From NCBI GenBank assembly GCA_963779755.1, contig CAVZZO010000001.1, positions 1,568,001-1,632,000 of the forward strand: a DNA stretch of 64,000 nucleotides. The letters run 5' to 3'. A model generated the notes under the pieces. The model worked only from the letters and a program-made list of their open reading frames with translations. It did not search any database and was not told the DNA's origin. Position 1 is the first letter of the stretch; every line of letters starts with the position of its first letter. Made by a program: the position numbers and the translations under genes. Of this stretch, positions 8,972 to 19,325 are shown piece after piece. The stretch comes from an uncultured Gemmatimonadales bacterium. Its GTDB lineage: Bacteria > Gemmatimonadota > Gemmatimonadetes > Gemmatimonadales > GWC2-71-9.

Positions 8972-10282
8972 ATGCCACGGAACCGGCTGTTCCCTGCATT
9001 CCCGACTCCCGCACCCCGATTCTTCCTCCTGATCCCGGCGCTCCTGCTCATCGCCGGCCCCCTGAGGAGCCAGGAAAAAGACCAGGTACTGGCGCACGCA
9101 GAGAAGCTCCTCCATTCCTCACTGCTATGGGACGGCCACAACGATCTGCCCTGGGAAATCCGGATGCAGAAAGACCATCCCATGGACGTCGAGGCCTACG
9201 ACCTCACCACCCGCACGTCCGGGCAGACCGATCTGCCGCGGATGCGGCAGGGCGGGGTCAACGCGCAGTGGTGGTCGGTCTATATCCCCGGCGAGTACCC
9301 CGACAGCGGATACGCCCGGATGCAACTGGAGGAGATCGACATCGCGCGGCAGTTCATCGCCAAGTATCCCGACCTCCAGCTAGCCCGCAGCGCCGACGAC
9401 GTGATGCGGGCGTACAAGGCCGGGAAGATCGCCTCGCTGCTGGGCATGGAAGGCGGCCATGCCATCGAGAACTCCCTGGGCGCGCTCCGGGCCTATTACG
9501 ACCTGGGGGCGCGCTACATGACGCTGACCCACAACGTGACGCTCGACTGGGCCGATGCGGCGCTGGACAGCGCGCGGCACGGCGGGCTGACGCCGTTCGG
9601 GAAGGAAGTGGTGCGGGAAATGAACCGGCTGGGGATGGTGGTGGACCTGAGCCACGTGTCGCCCGGCACCATGAGCGACGCGCTGGATGTGAGCGAGGCG
9701 CCGGTGATGTTCTCCCACTCCTCCGCGCGGGCGCTGGTGGACGTCCCCCGCAATGTGCCCGATTCCATCCTCCGGCGGGTCAAGACCAACGGCGGGATCG
9801 TGATGGTCACGTTTGTGGGCTCGTTCATCTCCAACGCGATGAACGACTCGATCGAAGTCTGGCGCCCCCAGTTCCAGGCGGCGCTCGCCACGGCGGCCAG
9901 CGACAGCGACAGCGTGCGGGTCCGGCGGGAATTCATGCGCACCCATCAGATGCCGCGGGCCACGGTGGCCGACGTGGCCGATCATGTCGAGCACGTGCGC
10001 GATGTGGCCGGCGTCGACCACGTCGGGCTGGGCGGGGACTACGACGGAACCAGCGGACTCCCCGTGGGCATGGAGGACGTCTCCGGATTCCCCCGTCTCT
10101 TTGCCGAGCTGATCCGGCGGGGCTGGAGCGATGCCGACCTGAAGAAACTGGCCGGCCTCAACATGCTGCGGGTACTGCGGGAGGTGGAGGCAGTGTCCCA
10201 TCGCCTGCGGCAGGAACGGGGCCCGAGCACCAAGACCATCCAGCAGCTGGACAGCTCCAGCGCGGCGACGAGCACGCAGTAG
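8972..10282 (+). CDS. Membrane dipeptidase (peptidase M19)
   Basis: Signal peptide; DGHNDLP, GMEGGH, YMTLTH, VDLSH, FSHS, DHVGLGGDYDG. Confidence 0.93.
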   Translation: MPRNRLFPAFPTPAPRFFLLIPALLLIAGPLRSQEKDQVLAHAEKLLHSSLLWDGHNDLPWEIRMQKDHPMDVEAYDLTTRTSGQTDLPRMRQGGVNAQWWSVYIPGEYPDSGYARMQLEEIDIARQFIAKYPDLQLARSADDVMRAYKAGKIASLLGMEGGHAIENSLGALRAYYDLGARYMTLTHNVTLDWADAALDSARHGGLTPFGKEVVREMNRLGMVVDLSHVSPGTMSDALDVSEAPVMFSHSSARALVDVPRNVPDSILRRVKTNGGIVMVTFVGSFISNAMNDSIEVWRPQFQAALATAASDSDSVRVRREFMRTHQMPRATVADVADHVEHVRDVAGVDHVGLGGDYDGTSGLPVGMEDVSGFPRLFAELIRRGWSDADLKKLAGLNMLRVLREVEAVSHRLRQERGPSTKTIQQLDSSSAATSTQ

Positions 10283-10293
10283 GATGTGGCGAC

Positions 10294-10329
10294 GCGGGCA
10301 GGGGTCAGGCATGCCTGACCCCTGCCCGC
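10294..10329. repeat. Perfect 36-bp palindrome (REP-like or bidirectional terminator)
   Basis: GCGGGCAGGGGTCAGGCA|TGCCTGACCCCTGCCCGC between convergent genes. Confidence 0.8.
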
Positions 10330-10334
10330 CCGCC

Positions 10335-11330
10335 TTACGTCTCACATCTTACCGTGGTGCCCAGCCACTGCGCCGCGGTTTCCTCCGCCCAGAACCGCGG
10401 CCGCCAGGGCGTTCCCTCCACCCAGCCCACATGACCGCCCCGGGGCGTGAAGGCCATGCTGAGGCAGGGGTTCTCCGCGACGGGACCGCGGGGGATGCCG
10501 GACGCCGGCGCGATGGGGTCATCCCCGGCATGGATCAGCAGGGTGGGGACACGGATGCCTGCCAGATACCCGCCGGCGCTGGCGCGGCGATAGTAGTCGG
10601 TCGCATCCCGGAAGCCGTGGAGCGGCGCTGTCACGGCGTCGTCGAACTGCGGAAAGGTGCGGGCCCGCAGCGCTGCGGATACATCGCAGCGGGCCGCCAG
10701 GTCGGCCTCCTTGGCCCGGACTTTCCGCCGGAGCGAGCGCAGGAAGAAACCGGTATAGAGCCGTCCCGCGCCTCGGCTCATGAGCCGGGCACCCGCCTCC
10801 AGGTCGTACGGCACCGAGATGCCGACCGCCGCCTCCAGCCCCGCGTCGTCGCCGCGCTCGCCCAGGTACTTGAGCAGGACGTTCCCGCCCAGCGAAAACC
10901 CCACCGCGCCCAACGGCACGCCGGCCTCCGTGGCGCGGAGCCAGGCGACCACCTGGCTCAGGTCTCCGGTTTCTCCCGAGTGGTAGAAACGGAGCGTGCG
11001 GTTGAGCCTGCCGCCACAGCTGCGAAAGTTGAGCCCGACCATCCGCAGCCCCCGGCCGGCCAGCGCCCGGGCCAGTTCGGCGGCATAGGAAGAATGCGCG
11101 GAACCCTCCAGCCCATGCAGCAGCAGGATCAGCGGGGCTCCCTCATCCACCGGATGGGCCCGGTCCACCGCGTACTCGAGATCGAGAAAATCGCCGTCCG
11201 GCGTGTCCAGCCGCACCCGGCGGAACCAGATGTCGCGCCCAGAGCGGGCAAACCGTCCCCCGATCGTCTGCGCGTGCGCGCCGGGAAGCCAGGAGGCGGG
11301 AGAGAAAGGGCGAGACGGGCTCGAACGCAT
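10335..11330 (-). CDS. YheT-family alpha/beta hydrolase
   Basis: HAQTI, HGLEGS, GFSLGG nucleophile, HA.DDP, GGHVG. Confidence 0.92.
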   Translation of the reverse strand: MRSSPSRPFSPASWLPGAHAQTIGGRFARSGRDIWFRRVRLDTPDGDFLDLEYAVDRAHPVDEGAPLILLLHGLEGSAHSSYAAELARALAGRGLRMVGLNFRSCGGRLNRTLRFYHSGETGDLSQVVAWLRATEAGVPLGAVGFSLGGNVLLKYLGERGDDAGLEAAVGISVPYDLEAGARLMSRGAGRLYTGFFLRSLRRKVRAKEADLAARCDVSAALRARTFPQFDDAVTAPLHGFRDATDYYRRASAGGYLAGIRVPTLLIHAGDDPIAPASGIPRGPVAENPCLSMAFTPRGGHVGWVEGTPWRPRFWAEETAAQWLGTTVRCET

Positions 11331-11372
11331 GAGGGAAGGGAACAGGGAAAGGCGAAACGGGAAAGGGACCGC

Positions 11373-12098
11373 CTATTCCCGGTCCCCCTTTCCCGGTTCC
11401 CGCTGTTTCACGAACAGGATCGCTCCCCCGACAATCGCGATCGTCGCAAACCCGAACCACTGGATGGCGTAACTCAGGTGCGGGCCGTTGGAGAGCGGCG
11501 GTGGGCGGAGGCGAACCGGCACCGGCGGCGCGGCGCTGTCGGGGGACTGGAGCAGCCAGACATCGCGCAGGGGGTAGGGGAGCGCCGCGCGCAGGGCGGT
11601 CAGGTCCAGCCGCCGCCAGGTGGTGTGGCCCTCCGCGACCAGCCGGGCCCCCTGGCCGGATCCGGGCAGAAAGGGCTGGATCACCCCCTGGATGCGTACC
11701 AGGGACGTATCCTCACCTGGCCGGCCCAGGTCCACCGTCATGGCATCGGGCGACGGAACGAAACCCCGGTTTACCAGCAGCGCGGTATCGCTGCCAGCCA
11801 GCCGCAGCGGCATGACCAGTTCTACGCCCGGTCCCTCGTCGTGAAAGCGCTGCCGGAGTACTACCGTATTCGCCGGGTCCCAGTGGCCCCGGGCCGAGCC
11901 GGCCCGCCAGACCAGGCTCCCCGCCGGCGCCGCGGTCCGGTTCAGGTTCACCGCCGGCCGGCGCATGTTGGCCTCCACCAGCCGGTTGGCGGCGCGCCGC
12001 TGATGCAGCCGGCTCAACTGCCAGAAGCCCAGGCGGACACAGACGGCGGCGATGACGAGAAGGGCGATGAAGAATGAGTAACGCGGTCGGAAGGACAT
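11373..12098 (-). CDS. SURF1 family protein
   Basis: LGFWQL.R, LVNRGFVP, HLSYAIQWF, two terminal TM helices. Confidence 0.92.
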   Translation of the reverse strand: MSFRPRYSFFIALLVIAAVCVRLGFWQLSRLHQRRAANRLVEANMRRPAVNLNRTAAPAGSLVWRAGSARGHWDPANTVVLRQRFHDEGPGVELVMPLRLAGSDTALLVNRGFVPSPDAMTVDLGRPGEDTSLVRIQGVIQPFLPGSGQGARLVAEGHTTWRRLDLTALRAALPYPLRDVWLLQSPDSAAPPVPVRLRPPPLSNGPHLSYAIQWFGFATIAIVGGAILFVKQREPGKGDRE

Positions 12099-12260
12099 GA
12101 ATTGTCTGCGGCAGAGGACAAGATCGACCGGGGAAGGTACCGCGGGCGGGGCATCAAGCAGAAGTGCCGGGGGGACTTAGCGTTTTCGGGCGGGTTGGTC
12201 TGCGGTTTGCTTTTGCACGCGGTGCGTCCATCGGCCCCGTCTCTTTGCCGCGAGGTCCCC

Positions 12261-12848
12261 ATGCGATCGGTTCTCCCTACCGCCGCGCTGCTTGCGGCAG
12301 CCCTGCTCCTGGCGGCGCCGTTGGCCGCCCAGCATCCCACCGGCAATCCCGATCTTCGTGAAGTCCACTATTCCCGGCATCGCGACGGCTTCTGGGCCAG
12401 TCTCGGCCTCGGAGTCGGCCAGGATGCCTTCCGGTATAATGGCGATCCGGCCTATTCCGAGAACATCAACGCCGCGACGCTGTCCGTCAGCCTCGGCGGC
12501 ACCCCCAGCCGGAACCTTCTCCTGGGTGGTGAGCTGTTCGCCTGGTTCCGTGACCAGTCCGGGGCCATCGAGTCGCTGAGCAGCGCGATGCTCATCGGCC
12601 AGTGGTATCCCTTCGGCTCGGCGGACCTGTTCCTGAAGGGCGGGTTCGGCCTCACCAACTATGCGCTCGATCCCGATTTCGGCGCGACCTACAATCAGTC
12701 GGGCTACGGCGGCGTCCTGGGGGCTGGTTACGACCTGCGGGTGGGCCGGAATGTCTCACTCACACCTACGATTGATTTCTACGGCCACCGCTACAGTGAC
12801 CGGCACGAGCGGATCATGAATCTGGGAGTGGCGGTGACGTTTCACTAG
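12261..12848 (+). CDS. Outer-membrane beta-barrel protein (small OmpA-like barrel)
   Basis: GAGG RBS, signal peptide, alternating strands (FLKGGFG, GAGYDL), aromatic C-terminus VTFH. Confidence 0.75.
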   Translation: MRSVLPTAALLAAALLLAAPLAAQHPTGNPDLREVHYSRHRDGFWASLGLGVGQDAFRYNGDPAYSENINAATLSVSLGGTPSRNLLLGGELFAWFRDQSGAIESLSSAMLIGQWYPFGSADLFLKGGFGLTNYALDPDFGATYNQSGYGGVLGAGYDLRVGRNVSLTPTIDFYGHRYSDRHERIMNLGVAVTFH

Positions 12849-13081
12849 GAGTGGGTAGAGCGGGCAGTATGCAGGTGCGTTCTGCCCATTCGGCGTCTTC
12901 TCTTGTAAATTGCTTTCCCCCTCCACTGTTGCGGGGGGGAGTCCCCGCCCGCTGCGGAGGGCCGGGCCACACCGTTGTAAGTGATGTATTCTCAGTCTTT
13001 TAAGTCTTTTTAAGTCTCATGGCCGCGCCCGTGTTCCGGGCGGCTCCTGCCGGGCTGGTGCTGCTGATGGCTGTTCCCCTG

Positions 13082-16000
13082 ATGTCCCGCCGTTTCCCGC
13101 TTCGTCTGCCGGATTTCCTCCTGCTGGCGCTGGCCGCTGTGGGCGCCGCCACCTGTGGGGGAGACGGAGTCACCACGCCGCAGGAAGGGCAGCCGGCGGC
13201 CATCGCGCTGGTGAGCAGCGCCTCGCTCTCCGGAACCGTGGGCCAGTCCCTGGCGGACAGCGTGATCGTGCGGGTGACTGACAGCAAGGGGAGGCCGGTG
13301 CAGGATCAGGCAGTGGCCTTCGCGGTGACCAGTGGCGGCAGCAGCGCGATGCTGCAGCCCGACACGGTCATGACCGGCAGCGACGGGCAGGCCGCCACTC
13401 GATGGACACTGGGCCTGCTGGCGGGCATCCAGACCGCCGAGGCACGGGTCGTCGGCTTCCCCGCGCTGAAGGCCGGGTTCAGTGCCCAGGCGGCGCCTAA
13501 TCCCGCGTCCCGTCTCGCCCTTACCACCCAGCCGCCGGGCGCGGCCCAGAGCGGGGCGGCGCTCGATCCCGCGCCGGTGGTCCAGCTGGAGGATGACAAC
13601 GGCAATCCCGTGGCACATGCCGGGCAGGACGTGACGGTCAGCCTGATCGGCGCCGGGACCCTGTCGGGACCGACCAGCATCACCAGCGATGCCGCCGGGC
13701 AGGCAATGTTCAGCGGGCTCGCGATCAACGGCCGGCCCGCCACCTACAGGCTCGCCTTCAGTGCCGCCGGCCTCGTTCCCGATACGTCCACCACCATCAC
13801 CCTGCTGTCCGGGACCGCGACCACGCTGGCTTTCATCGGCCAGCCGAGCAACGCCACGGCGGGCGTCGGCATAACGCCCGATATCAGGGTCGAGATCCAG
13901 GACAACGCGGGGAACCCGGTCTCCTCCACCGCGACGGTGCATCTGGCCCTGGGGAACAACCCGGGCGGAGACCCCATGGCTACCGTCTCCGTGGCCGCGG
14001 TCGGGGGCGTGGCGACGTTCTCCGGCGTGACGCTGCAGAAGGCTGGGAGCGGCTACACCCTGGTTGCGTCGTCCACCGGCCTGGCCTCGGCGACGAGTAC
14101 GCCATTCGATGTCACCGCCGCGGCAGCGGCCGCCCTGACGTTCACGCAGCAACCCAGTAACGTCGTCGCGGCATCGGCCATTACGCCGGCGGTCCGCGTC
14201 ACCCTGCTGGACCCGTTCGGCAACGTCGCGACCGGCAGCTCGGCGGCGGTCACGATGGCCATCGGCACCAATCCCGCCGGTGGTGTGTTGAGCGGCACTA
14301 CGAGCGTGAACGCCAGCAGCGGGGTGGCCACCTTCACCAATCTGAAGATCGACAAGCCCGGCACCGGCTACACGCTGGTGGCCGGCAGCAGCGGCCTCGC
14401 CAGCGTTACCAGCACCCCATTTGACGTCCAGGTCGGCACGGGGAACAAGGTGGCCTTTGGCGTGCAGCCGTCCAACACGACCGCGGGGAATGTCATTTCG
14501 CCGGCCGTCACGGTCCAGGTCCAGGACGCCGCCGGGAACCTCGACCCGACGGCCACCAACCAGGTGACCGTGTTTCTGGGCCAGAACCCGGGGAACGGCC
14601 ACCTGAGCGGCACCCTGCAGAAGAACGCGGTCAACGGCGTCGCCACGTTCAGCAATCTCGGCATTGATTCCGCGGGGACGGGCTATACCCTGAGCGCCGC
14701 GGCCACCGGCCTGGTCAGCGCCGAGAGCAATCGTTTCAATATTCTTACCGGTCCGCCGGCGACGATCGGCATCGTGACCCAGCCCTCGAGCACGGTGCAG
14801 AACGGGGTGCCGTTCCCCACGCCGCCGTCGGTCGTGGTGCGCGACCAGAGCGGCAACGCGGTTTCAGGGCAGGTGGTGACCGCTTCGCTGGCGAGCGGGT
14901 CGGGCATCTCGCTTTTCGGCGCGAGCGCCACCACCAACTCCAGCGGCGTCGCCACCTTCGGCGGAATCAGCGCCAGCGGGACGGCCGGCACGTTCAGTCT
15001 GCACTTCCAGGCCGGTTCGGCGGTGAGCGCCGCCACGGGCAGCATCACCCTGACGGCCGGCGCCCCCGCCAGCGTCAGCATCACGCAACAGCCGGTGGAT
15101 ACGGCGACGAGCGGAGTGGTCTTCCCCCAGCAGCCGGCGGTCGTGGTGAAGGACGGCGCGGGCAATCCGGTCGCCGGCCAGAGTGTGACGGCCTCGATTG
15201 CCAGCGGAAGCGGGACCCTCTCGGGAACGCTCACCCTCACGACGTCCAGCGCCGGCACGGCAGCCTGGTCCAACCTCGCGATCACCGGCGCGGGGAATTA
15301 CACCCTGCAGTTCACCGCCGGCTCGGCCGTCAGCCCGCAGTCCAGCACCATTGTCGTCATCGGCGTGCCTGCCAGCGTGACGATCACGACGCAGCCCTCC
15401 TCGACGGTGCAGGTCGGGGTAGTGTTCCCCACGGTGCCCCAGGTGCGAGTCCAGGATGCCCTGGGCAAGAATATCAAGAACCAGGCGGTCGCCCTCGCGG
15501 TGGCGTCCGGCGGGGCGCTCACGATCACCCAGGGTACCGCCGTCACCGGCCCCAACGGCATCGCGGTCTTCACCGGCCTCAGCGTGGTGGGGCTGGCAGG
15601 GACGCGTACCTTCCAGTTCACGGCGGGCGGCGTCACCAGCGCTCCCTCCGCTCCGGTCTCCGTGACCGCCGGCGCCCCATCATCCGTGGTTGTAACCACC
15701 CAACCCTCCGCGGCAGTGCAGGCCGGGGTCCCGTTCCCGGTGCAGCCCGCCGTGACGGTCACGGATGTCGGGACCAATCCCGTTCCTTCGCAGACGGTAA
15801 CGGCCGCGATCGCTTCCGGCGCCGGAACGCTGGCCGGGGCCCTGACAGCGACGACGAACTCTTCCGGCGTGGCGACCTTCAGCTCACTGGAGATTGACGG
15901 CGCGACCGGAACGCGGACCCTGAGCTTTACCGCCGGAAGCGCGAACGCCACGTCGGCGGGTATCTCGGTGGGCCCAGGCCTGGCTTCCGCATCCCATACC

Positions 16001-16870
16001 ACCGCCAGCGTGCCGGCCGGGGCCGCCGGTTCCGCGACCGCGGTCACCGTGACCGCGAAAGACGCGTTCGACAATCCGCTCACTACGGGCGGGGCGACCG
16101 TGGGGGTCGCCGTGAGCGGCGCCAACATCGCCACGCCGGCGGTGAACGACAACGGCGACGGTACCTACGGCGCGAGCTATACCCCGACGAAGTCCGGCAC
16201 GGATAACGTCGCGATTACGCTGAACGGCTCCGCCATTTCCGGCAGCCCTTACAGCAGCGCGGTGAGCGCCGGTCCGCCGGTCGCTTCCACCAGCACCGGC
16301 AATGTCCCGTCGTCCGTGACGGCGGGGAACGCGTCGATCGTGACCGTCACTTCGCGGGATGTCTACGGCAATCTTGAGACCACCGGCGGGGCGACCGTCG
16401 TGGTCACGGTCAGCGGGGCCAACAGCGCCGCGCCGGCGGTCACGGACAACGGCGACGGCACCTACAGCGCCAGCTACACTCCCACGGTGAGCGGGACCGA
16501 CACAGTGGCCATCGCCCTCAACGGCGGCAGCATCAGCGGCAGCCCCTTCAGCACCACGATCAACCCCGGCCCGCTCGATCCCGCATCGTCCACCGCGTCG
16601 GTCCCCTCCAGCGGCACCCATGGTGTACCCGTGATCATCACCATCCAGGAGAAGGACCAGTTCGGAAACGATCTGGCCGTCGGGACCGGGACGGTGACGG
16701 TAACGGTGACGGAATCCGATGCCAGCACCATCAACGCGACCGTGTCCCCGCTGGCCAACGGGGGATATACCGCCAACTATACGCCGCTCGTCACCGGAGC
16801 CGACAGCGTGGCGATCACCATCAACGGGGTTCACATCACGGGATCTCCGTTCGCGATCACCATCAACTGA
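13082..16870 (+). CDS. Large Ig-like repeat surface lipoprotein (Big_1/invasin-type, QP repeats, C-terminal filamin-like repeats)
   Basis: Lipobox AATC; about 8 repeats of ~100 aa (QP..G..V.D..GN..G.A.F..L); DNGDGTY.ASYTP..GSP repeats; alternative start 13019. Confidence 0.85.
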   Translation: MSRRFPLRLPDFLLLALAAVGAATCGGDGVTTPQEGQPAAIALVSSASLSGTVGQSLADSVIVRVTDSKGRPVQDQAVAFAVTSGGSSAMLQPDTVMTGSDGQAATRWTLGLLAGIQTAEARVVGFPALKAGFSAQAAPNPASRLALTTQPPGAAQSGAALDPAPVVQLEDDNGNPVAHAGQDVTVSLIGAGTLSGPTSITSDAAGQAMFSGLAINGRPATYRLAFSAAGLVPDTSTTITLLSGTATTLAFIGQPSNATAGVGITPDIRVEIQDNAGNPVSSTATVHLALGNNPGGDPMATVSVAAVGGVATFSGVTLQKAGSGYTLVASSTGLASATSTPFDVTAAAAAALTFTQQPSNVVAASAITPAVRVTLLDPFGNVATGSSAAVTMAIGTNPAGGVLSGTTSVNASSGVATFTNLKIDKPGTGYTLVAGSSGLASVTSTPFDVQVGTGNKVAFGVQPSNTTAGNVISPAVTVQVQDAAGNLDPTATNQVTVFLGQNPGNGHLSGTLQKNAVNGVATFSNLGIDSAGTGYTLSAAATGLVSAESNRFNILTGPPATIGIVTQPSSTVQNGVPFPTPPSVVVRDQSGNAVSGQVVTASLASGSGISLFGASATTNSSGVATFGGISASGTAGTFSLHFQAGSAVSAATGSITLTAGAPASVSITQQPVDTATSGVVFPQQPAVVVKDGAGNPVAGQSVTASIASGSGTLSGTLTLTTSSAGTAAWSNLAITGAGNYTLQFTAGSAVSPQSSTIVVIGVPASVTITTQPSSTVQVGVVFPTVPQVRVQDALGKNIKNQAVALAVASGGALTITQGTAVTGPNGIAVFTGLSVVGLAGTRTFQFTAGGVTSAPSAPVSVTAGAPSSVVVTTQPSAAVQAGVPFPVQPAVTVTDVGTNPVPSQTVTAAIASGAGTLAGALTATTNSSGVATFSSLEIDGATGTRTLSFTAGSANATSAGISVGPGLASASHTTASVPAGAAGSATAVTVTAKDAFDNPLTTGGATVGVAVSGANIATPAVNDNGDGTYGASYTPTKSGTDNVAITLNGSAISGSPYSSAVSAGPPVASTSTGNVPSSVTAGNASIVTVTSRDVYGNLETTGGATVVVTVSGANSAAPAVTDNGDGTYSASYTPTVSGTDTVAIALNGGSISGSPFSTTINPGPLDPASSTASVPSSGTHGVPVIITIQEKDQFGNDLAVGTGTVTVTVTESDASTINATVSPLANGGYTANYTPLVTGADSVAITINGVHITGSPFAITIN

Positions 16871-17023
16871 GCGATCGCCGCCGGGGTTCCGGCGGGGGCC
16901 GGGGCCCTTTCCGCCGCCGCGCCGGCCCTCCCGCCACAGGTGACGCAGGTCATATCCCGGTCCGGCTCTCGGGGCTACGGTGTCAGGGTTCGCCAGACGG
17001 AATCCTCCTACCGTCGCAGCGTT

Positions 17024-18970
17024 ATGGCCCCACGAACGCTCCATAATCCACCCCCGAGAAAGAGATCCTGGGCTCTGCTCCTGGGGGCTGCGGCTCTGGT
17101 AACGGGCTGCGCCAGCGACCAGCTGGTGCTCCCCTCCGACGGGGGGCCGGCCGCCATTCAGGTCGTCCAGGGCGACGGGCAAGCGGCCCCCGTCGGCAGC
17201 ATGCTGCGCGATAGTCTGGTGGTGGAGTTGTCCGACGGGATGGACCGGCCGGTGCAGGGTGGCCTTGTGGCCTTCCTGCCGGTGGGCAGTGACGCAGGAA
17301 CTACCGCGCCCGACACGGCGGTCACCGACGCGTTGGGCCGCGCGGCTTCCCGCTGGAAGCTGGGTTCGCAGGCAGGTGCCCAGGAAGTGGAAGCCCGGGT
17401 GGTCACCGGCGGCGAGAGCGGCCTGGTGGCCAGTTTCAAGGCCACCGCTCAGCCGGGCGCGGCAACCACGCTCCAGAAGGTGCGCGGCGACAGTCAGTTC
17501 GGCCAGACGGCTACCCGGCTGCCCGATTCTCTCGTAGTACGGGCCACCGATGATTTCGGCAACCCGGTGGCCGGTGTGCAGGTTTCCTGGCAGCCGAGCG
17601 GCGGCAGCATCAGTCCGGCACAGGGTGTTACCGGCACCGACGGGAAGGCGGCTGCTTCCTGGACCCTGGGACTGATTCCCGGGACGCAGGTGGCCGCGGC
17701 CAGCGCGAGCGGCCTGTCCGGTAGTCCGATCACCTTCCATGCGGCTGCGCAGGTAGGTCCGCAACCGACCCTGGCGGTCGCCACGCAGCCCGCTCCCACC
17801 GCTTCCAGCGGCCAACCCCTGAGCACCCAGCCGGTGGTGCAGCTCAAGCTTCCCAGTGGCGGCAGTCTGCTGCAGTCCGGGGTTCCGGTAACCGCCGCGA
17901 TCGCCAGCGGTAGCGGCCTGTTGGGGGGGAATTCGGTTGCGACCACCGACAAGCAGGGCCAGGCCCGGTTTACCAATCTCTCCATCACCGGTCTGTCGGG
18001 CAACTATTCTCTGATCTTCGCCTCGGCCGGATTTCTTGCCGTCATCAGTGATCCCATCGCCCTCACGGGTGGCCTGCCGAGCGGCAGGCGCTCATCGCTC
18101 CAGGTGACGCCCAGCTCGATTGCGGCGGGGAACGGCACGGCGACCGTCACTGCCGTGGTGCGAGACGACTCCAACACCCCGATTACGGGTGCTTCCGTCC
18201 TGCTGACGGCGAGCGGCTCCGGTAACTCGCTGGTGCAGCCCGGGGTCACCGACCCGCAGGGGAAGGCCACCGGAACTTTCAGCTCCACAGTGGCTGGAAG
18301 CCATACCATCAGTGCCAAGGCCGACGGGGTGGATATCAATCAGACCGTCACCGTGACCGTCCAGCCGGGCAGCGCGGAGGGCGGGCACAGCACTGCCGTA
18401 GTACCGGATGGTCAGCAGGGATCGGCCACAGTCATCACGATCACGACCCGGGATCAGTACGGGAATCAGCTCACCACGGGTGGCGCCACGGTGGTGGTAA
18501 GGGTGACTGGGGCGAACAGCACCTCGCCCTCCGTCTCCGACAGGCACGACGGCAGCTACACCGCGTCCTACACGCCGCAGGCGGCGGGCACCGATCTGGT
18601 CGAGGTGCAGGTGAACGGGACGCCCGTGCCGGGGAGCCCCTTCACCAGCACCGTCGCGCAGAGCGCCAGCGGACCGGACCCGGCGCACACCACGGCCAGC
18701 ATTCCCGGCAACGTGAAGGTGTTGCATCAGGTCAAGGTCGTGATCACCACGGCGGATGCGACGGGCAAGAGGCTTACCAGCGGCGGGTATGCCGCCGATC
18801 TGGACGTCCGGGTGAGCGGGGCCAACAGCGGGCACCCGCAGATTCTTGACCGGGGGGATGGCACGTACGAGGCGAGCTACTTGCCGCTCTTCAAGGGAAC
18901 GGACACGATCGCGATCACGTTCCAGGGAACGCCCATCAGCGGAAGCCCGTATCAGATCCAGATCAAATAG
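17024..18970 (+). CDS. Ig-like repeat lipoprotein (Big_1 plus filamin-like repeats)
   Basis: Lipobox VTGC; GD.Q..L.DSLVV..TD..G.A..W.LG units; DGSYTASYTP and DGTYEASYLP repeats. Confidence 0.85.
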   Translation: MAPRTLHNPPPRKRSWALLLGAAALVTGCASDQLVLPSDGGPAAIQVVQGDGQAAPVGSMLRDSLVVELSDGMDRPVQGGLVAFLPVGSDAGTTAPDTAVTDALGRAASRWKLGSQAGAQEVEARVVTGGESGLVASFKATAQPGAATTLQKVRGDSQFGQTATRLPDSLVVRATDDFGNPVAGVQVSWQPSGGSISPAQGVTGTDGKAAASWTLGLIPGTQVAAASASGLSGSPITFHAAAQVGPQPTLAVATQPAPTASSGQPLSTQPVVQLKLPSGGSLLQSGVPVTAAIASGSGLLGGNSVATTDKQGQARFTNLSITGLSGNYSLIFASAGFLAVISDPIALTGGLPSGRRSSLQVTPSSIAAGNGTATVTAVVRDDSNTPITGASVLLTASGSGNSLVQPGVTDPQGKATGTFSSTVAGSHTISAKADGVDINQTVTVTVQPGSAEGGHSTAVVPDGQQGSATVITITTRDQYGNQLTTGGATVVVRVTGANSTSPSVSDRHDGSYTASYTPQAAGTDLVEVQVNGTPVPGSPFTSTVAQSASGPDPAHTTASIPGNVKVLHQVKVVITTADATGKRLTSGGYAADLDVRVSGANSGHPQILDRGDGTYEASYLPLFKGTDTIAITFQGTPISGSPYQIQIK

Positions 18971-18979
18971 GGGGAGGCC

Positions 18980-19294
18980 TCAGGAATCGGGGCGGGCCCG
19001 GCCCTGGCCCGGCCCGATCGCCTCCTTGACCAGCAGGATCGCGTGATCGAGCGGGTCCACGCAATGGACCAGCTCCGGCGTGCATCGCTCGCGCAGGCGG
19101 GCAAGCGTGCTGGCCAACTCCTCCAGCCGCAGCGTCTCGATCCCTTCCATGAGCCGGGCATGGAGCGTGCGCACCTCACCCCGCAGTGCCTGGGCTCCGG
19201 CCTGCCGGGTTTCGATCAGGTGCTGCATCCTGGGATCGCTGTCGATGGCGTCCAGCAGGCGGGCGATGCGGTCGGCGAGGAGCTTGCCTAGCAT
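18980..19294 (-). CDS. Hypothetical helical protein, homolog of 36544..36837
   Basis: 104-aa ORF sharing LLD.IDSDP, R.LH..L..G, LA.L..RC and P.D.A with the 36.5-kb ORF. Confidence 0.65.
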   Translation of the reverse strand: MLGKLLADRIARLLDAIDSDPRMQHLIETRQAGAQALRGEVRTLHARLMEGIETLRLEELASTLARLRERCTPELVHCVDPLDHAILLVKEAIGPGQGRARPDS

Positions 19295-19325
19295 GAGGTG
19301 CGGGGCCGGGAGGCCGCCTTCAGAG

